Part shown: piece after piece, positions 19,878-20,000 of the stretch | How positions within the stretch are numbered: the first letter of the stretch is position 1 | Layout: each line of letters opens with the position of its first letter | Source: Craspedostauros australis | Lineage: Eukaryota | Direction: 5' to 3' | Length of the DNA stretch: 20,000 nt | Assembly (NCBI GenBank): GCA_030167865.1 | Contig: JALAGF010000911.1 | Coordinates: 50,721 to 70,720, forward strand | Notes under the pieces: model-generated | Told to the model about the DNA's origin: nothing | The model's input: the letters and a program-made list of their open reading frames with translations, nothing else | Databases searched by the model: none | Position numbers and translations under genes: made by a program

Positions 19878-20000
19878 GTAGGATTCTACAGGGGTCTGGT
19901 AGGATCTGGCCTCTTGTTTCGAGAAATTCGACCCTCCATCTTTGAAGTCTCCGCGCTGAGCATTCTTTGGCTCAATCTGTACAATAGATATCATTTCAGA

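Overview
Eukaryotic DNA, most likely a diatom. This is an inference from ~200-nt GT-AG introns, P-T-x-x stalk repeats and a copia element with diatom CoDi-type RT motifs. Bases ~60-13000 hold five paralogous type II membrane GH99-like (endo-alpha-mannosidase/mannanase-like) glycoside hydrolase genes, two on + and three on -. They share the catalytic domain but have very different stalks. Four copies have a phase-1 intron that splits the codon of the first catalytic Glu of NEWHED. The first copy lacks that intron and reads NHWIDD, so it may be a pseudo-enzyme. From 13215 lies a Ty1/copia LTR retrotransposon with a 245-bp 5' LTR, gag (CCHC knuckle) and an intact pol (PR-IN-PDZ-like-RT-RNaseH) in the -1 frame. 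The gag-pol junction has a U-run followed by a strong stem-loop, a candidate -1 frameshift signal. The most unusual feature directly follows the pol stop: five hairpins at ~28-nt period with a conserved CG-RWTAG-CG apex, compensatory stem changes and divergent linkers. No 3' LTR is visible in the window.
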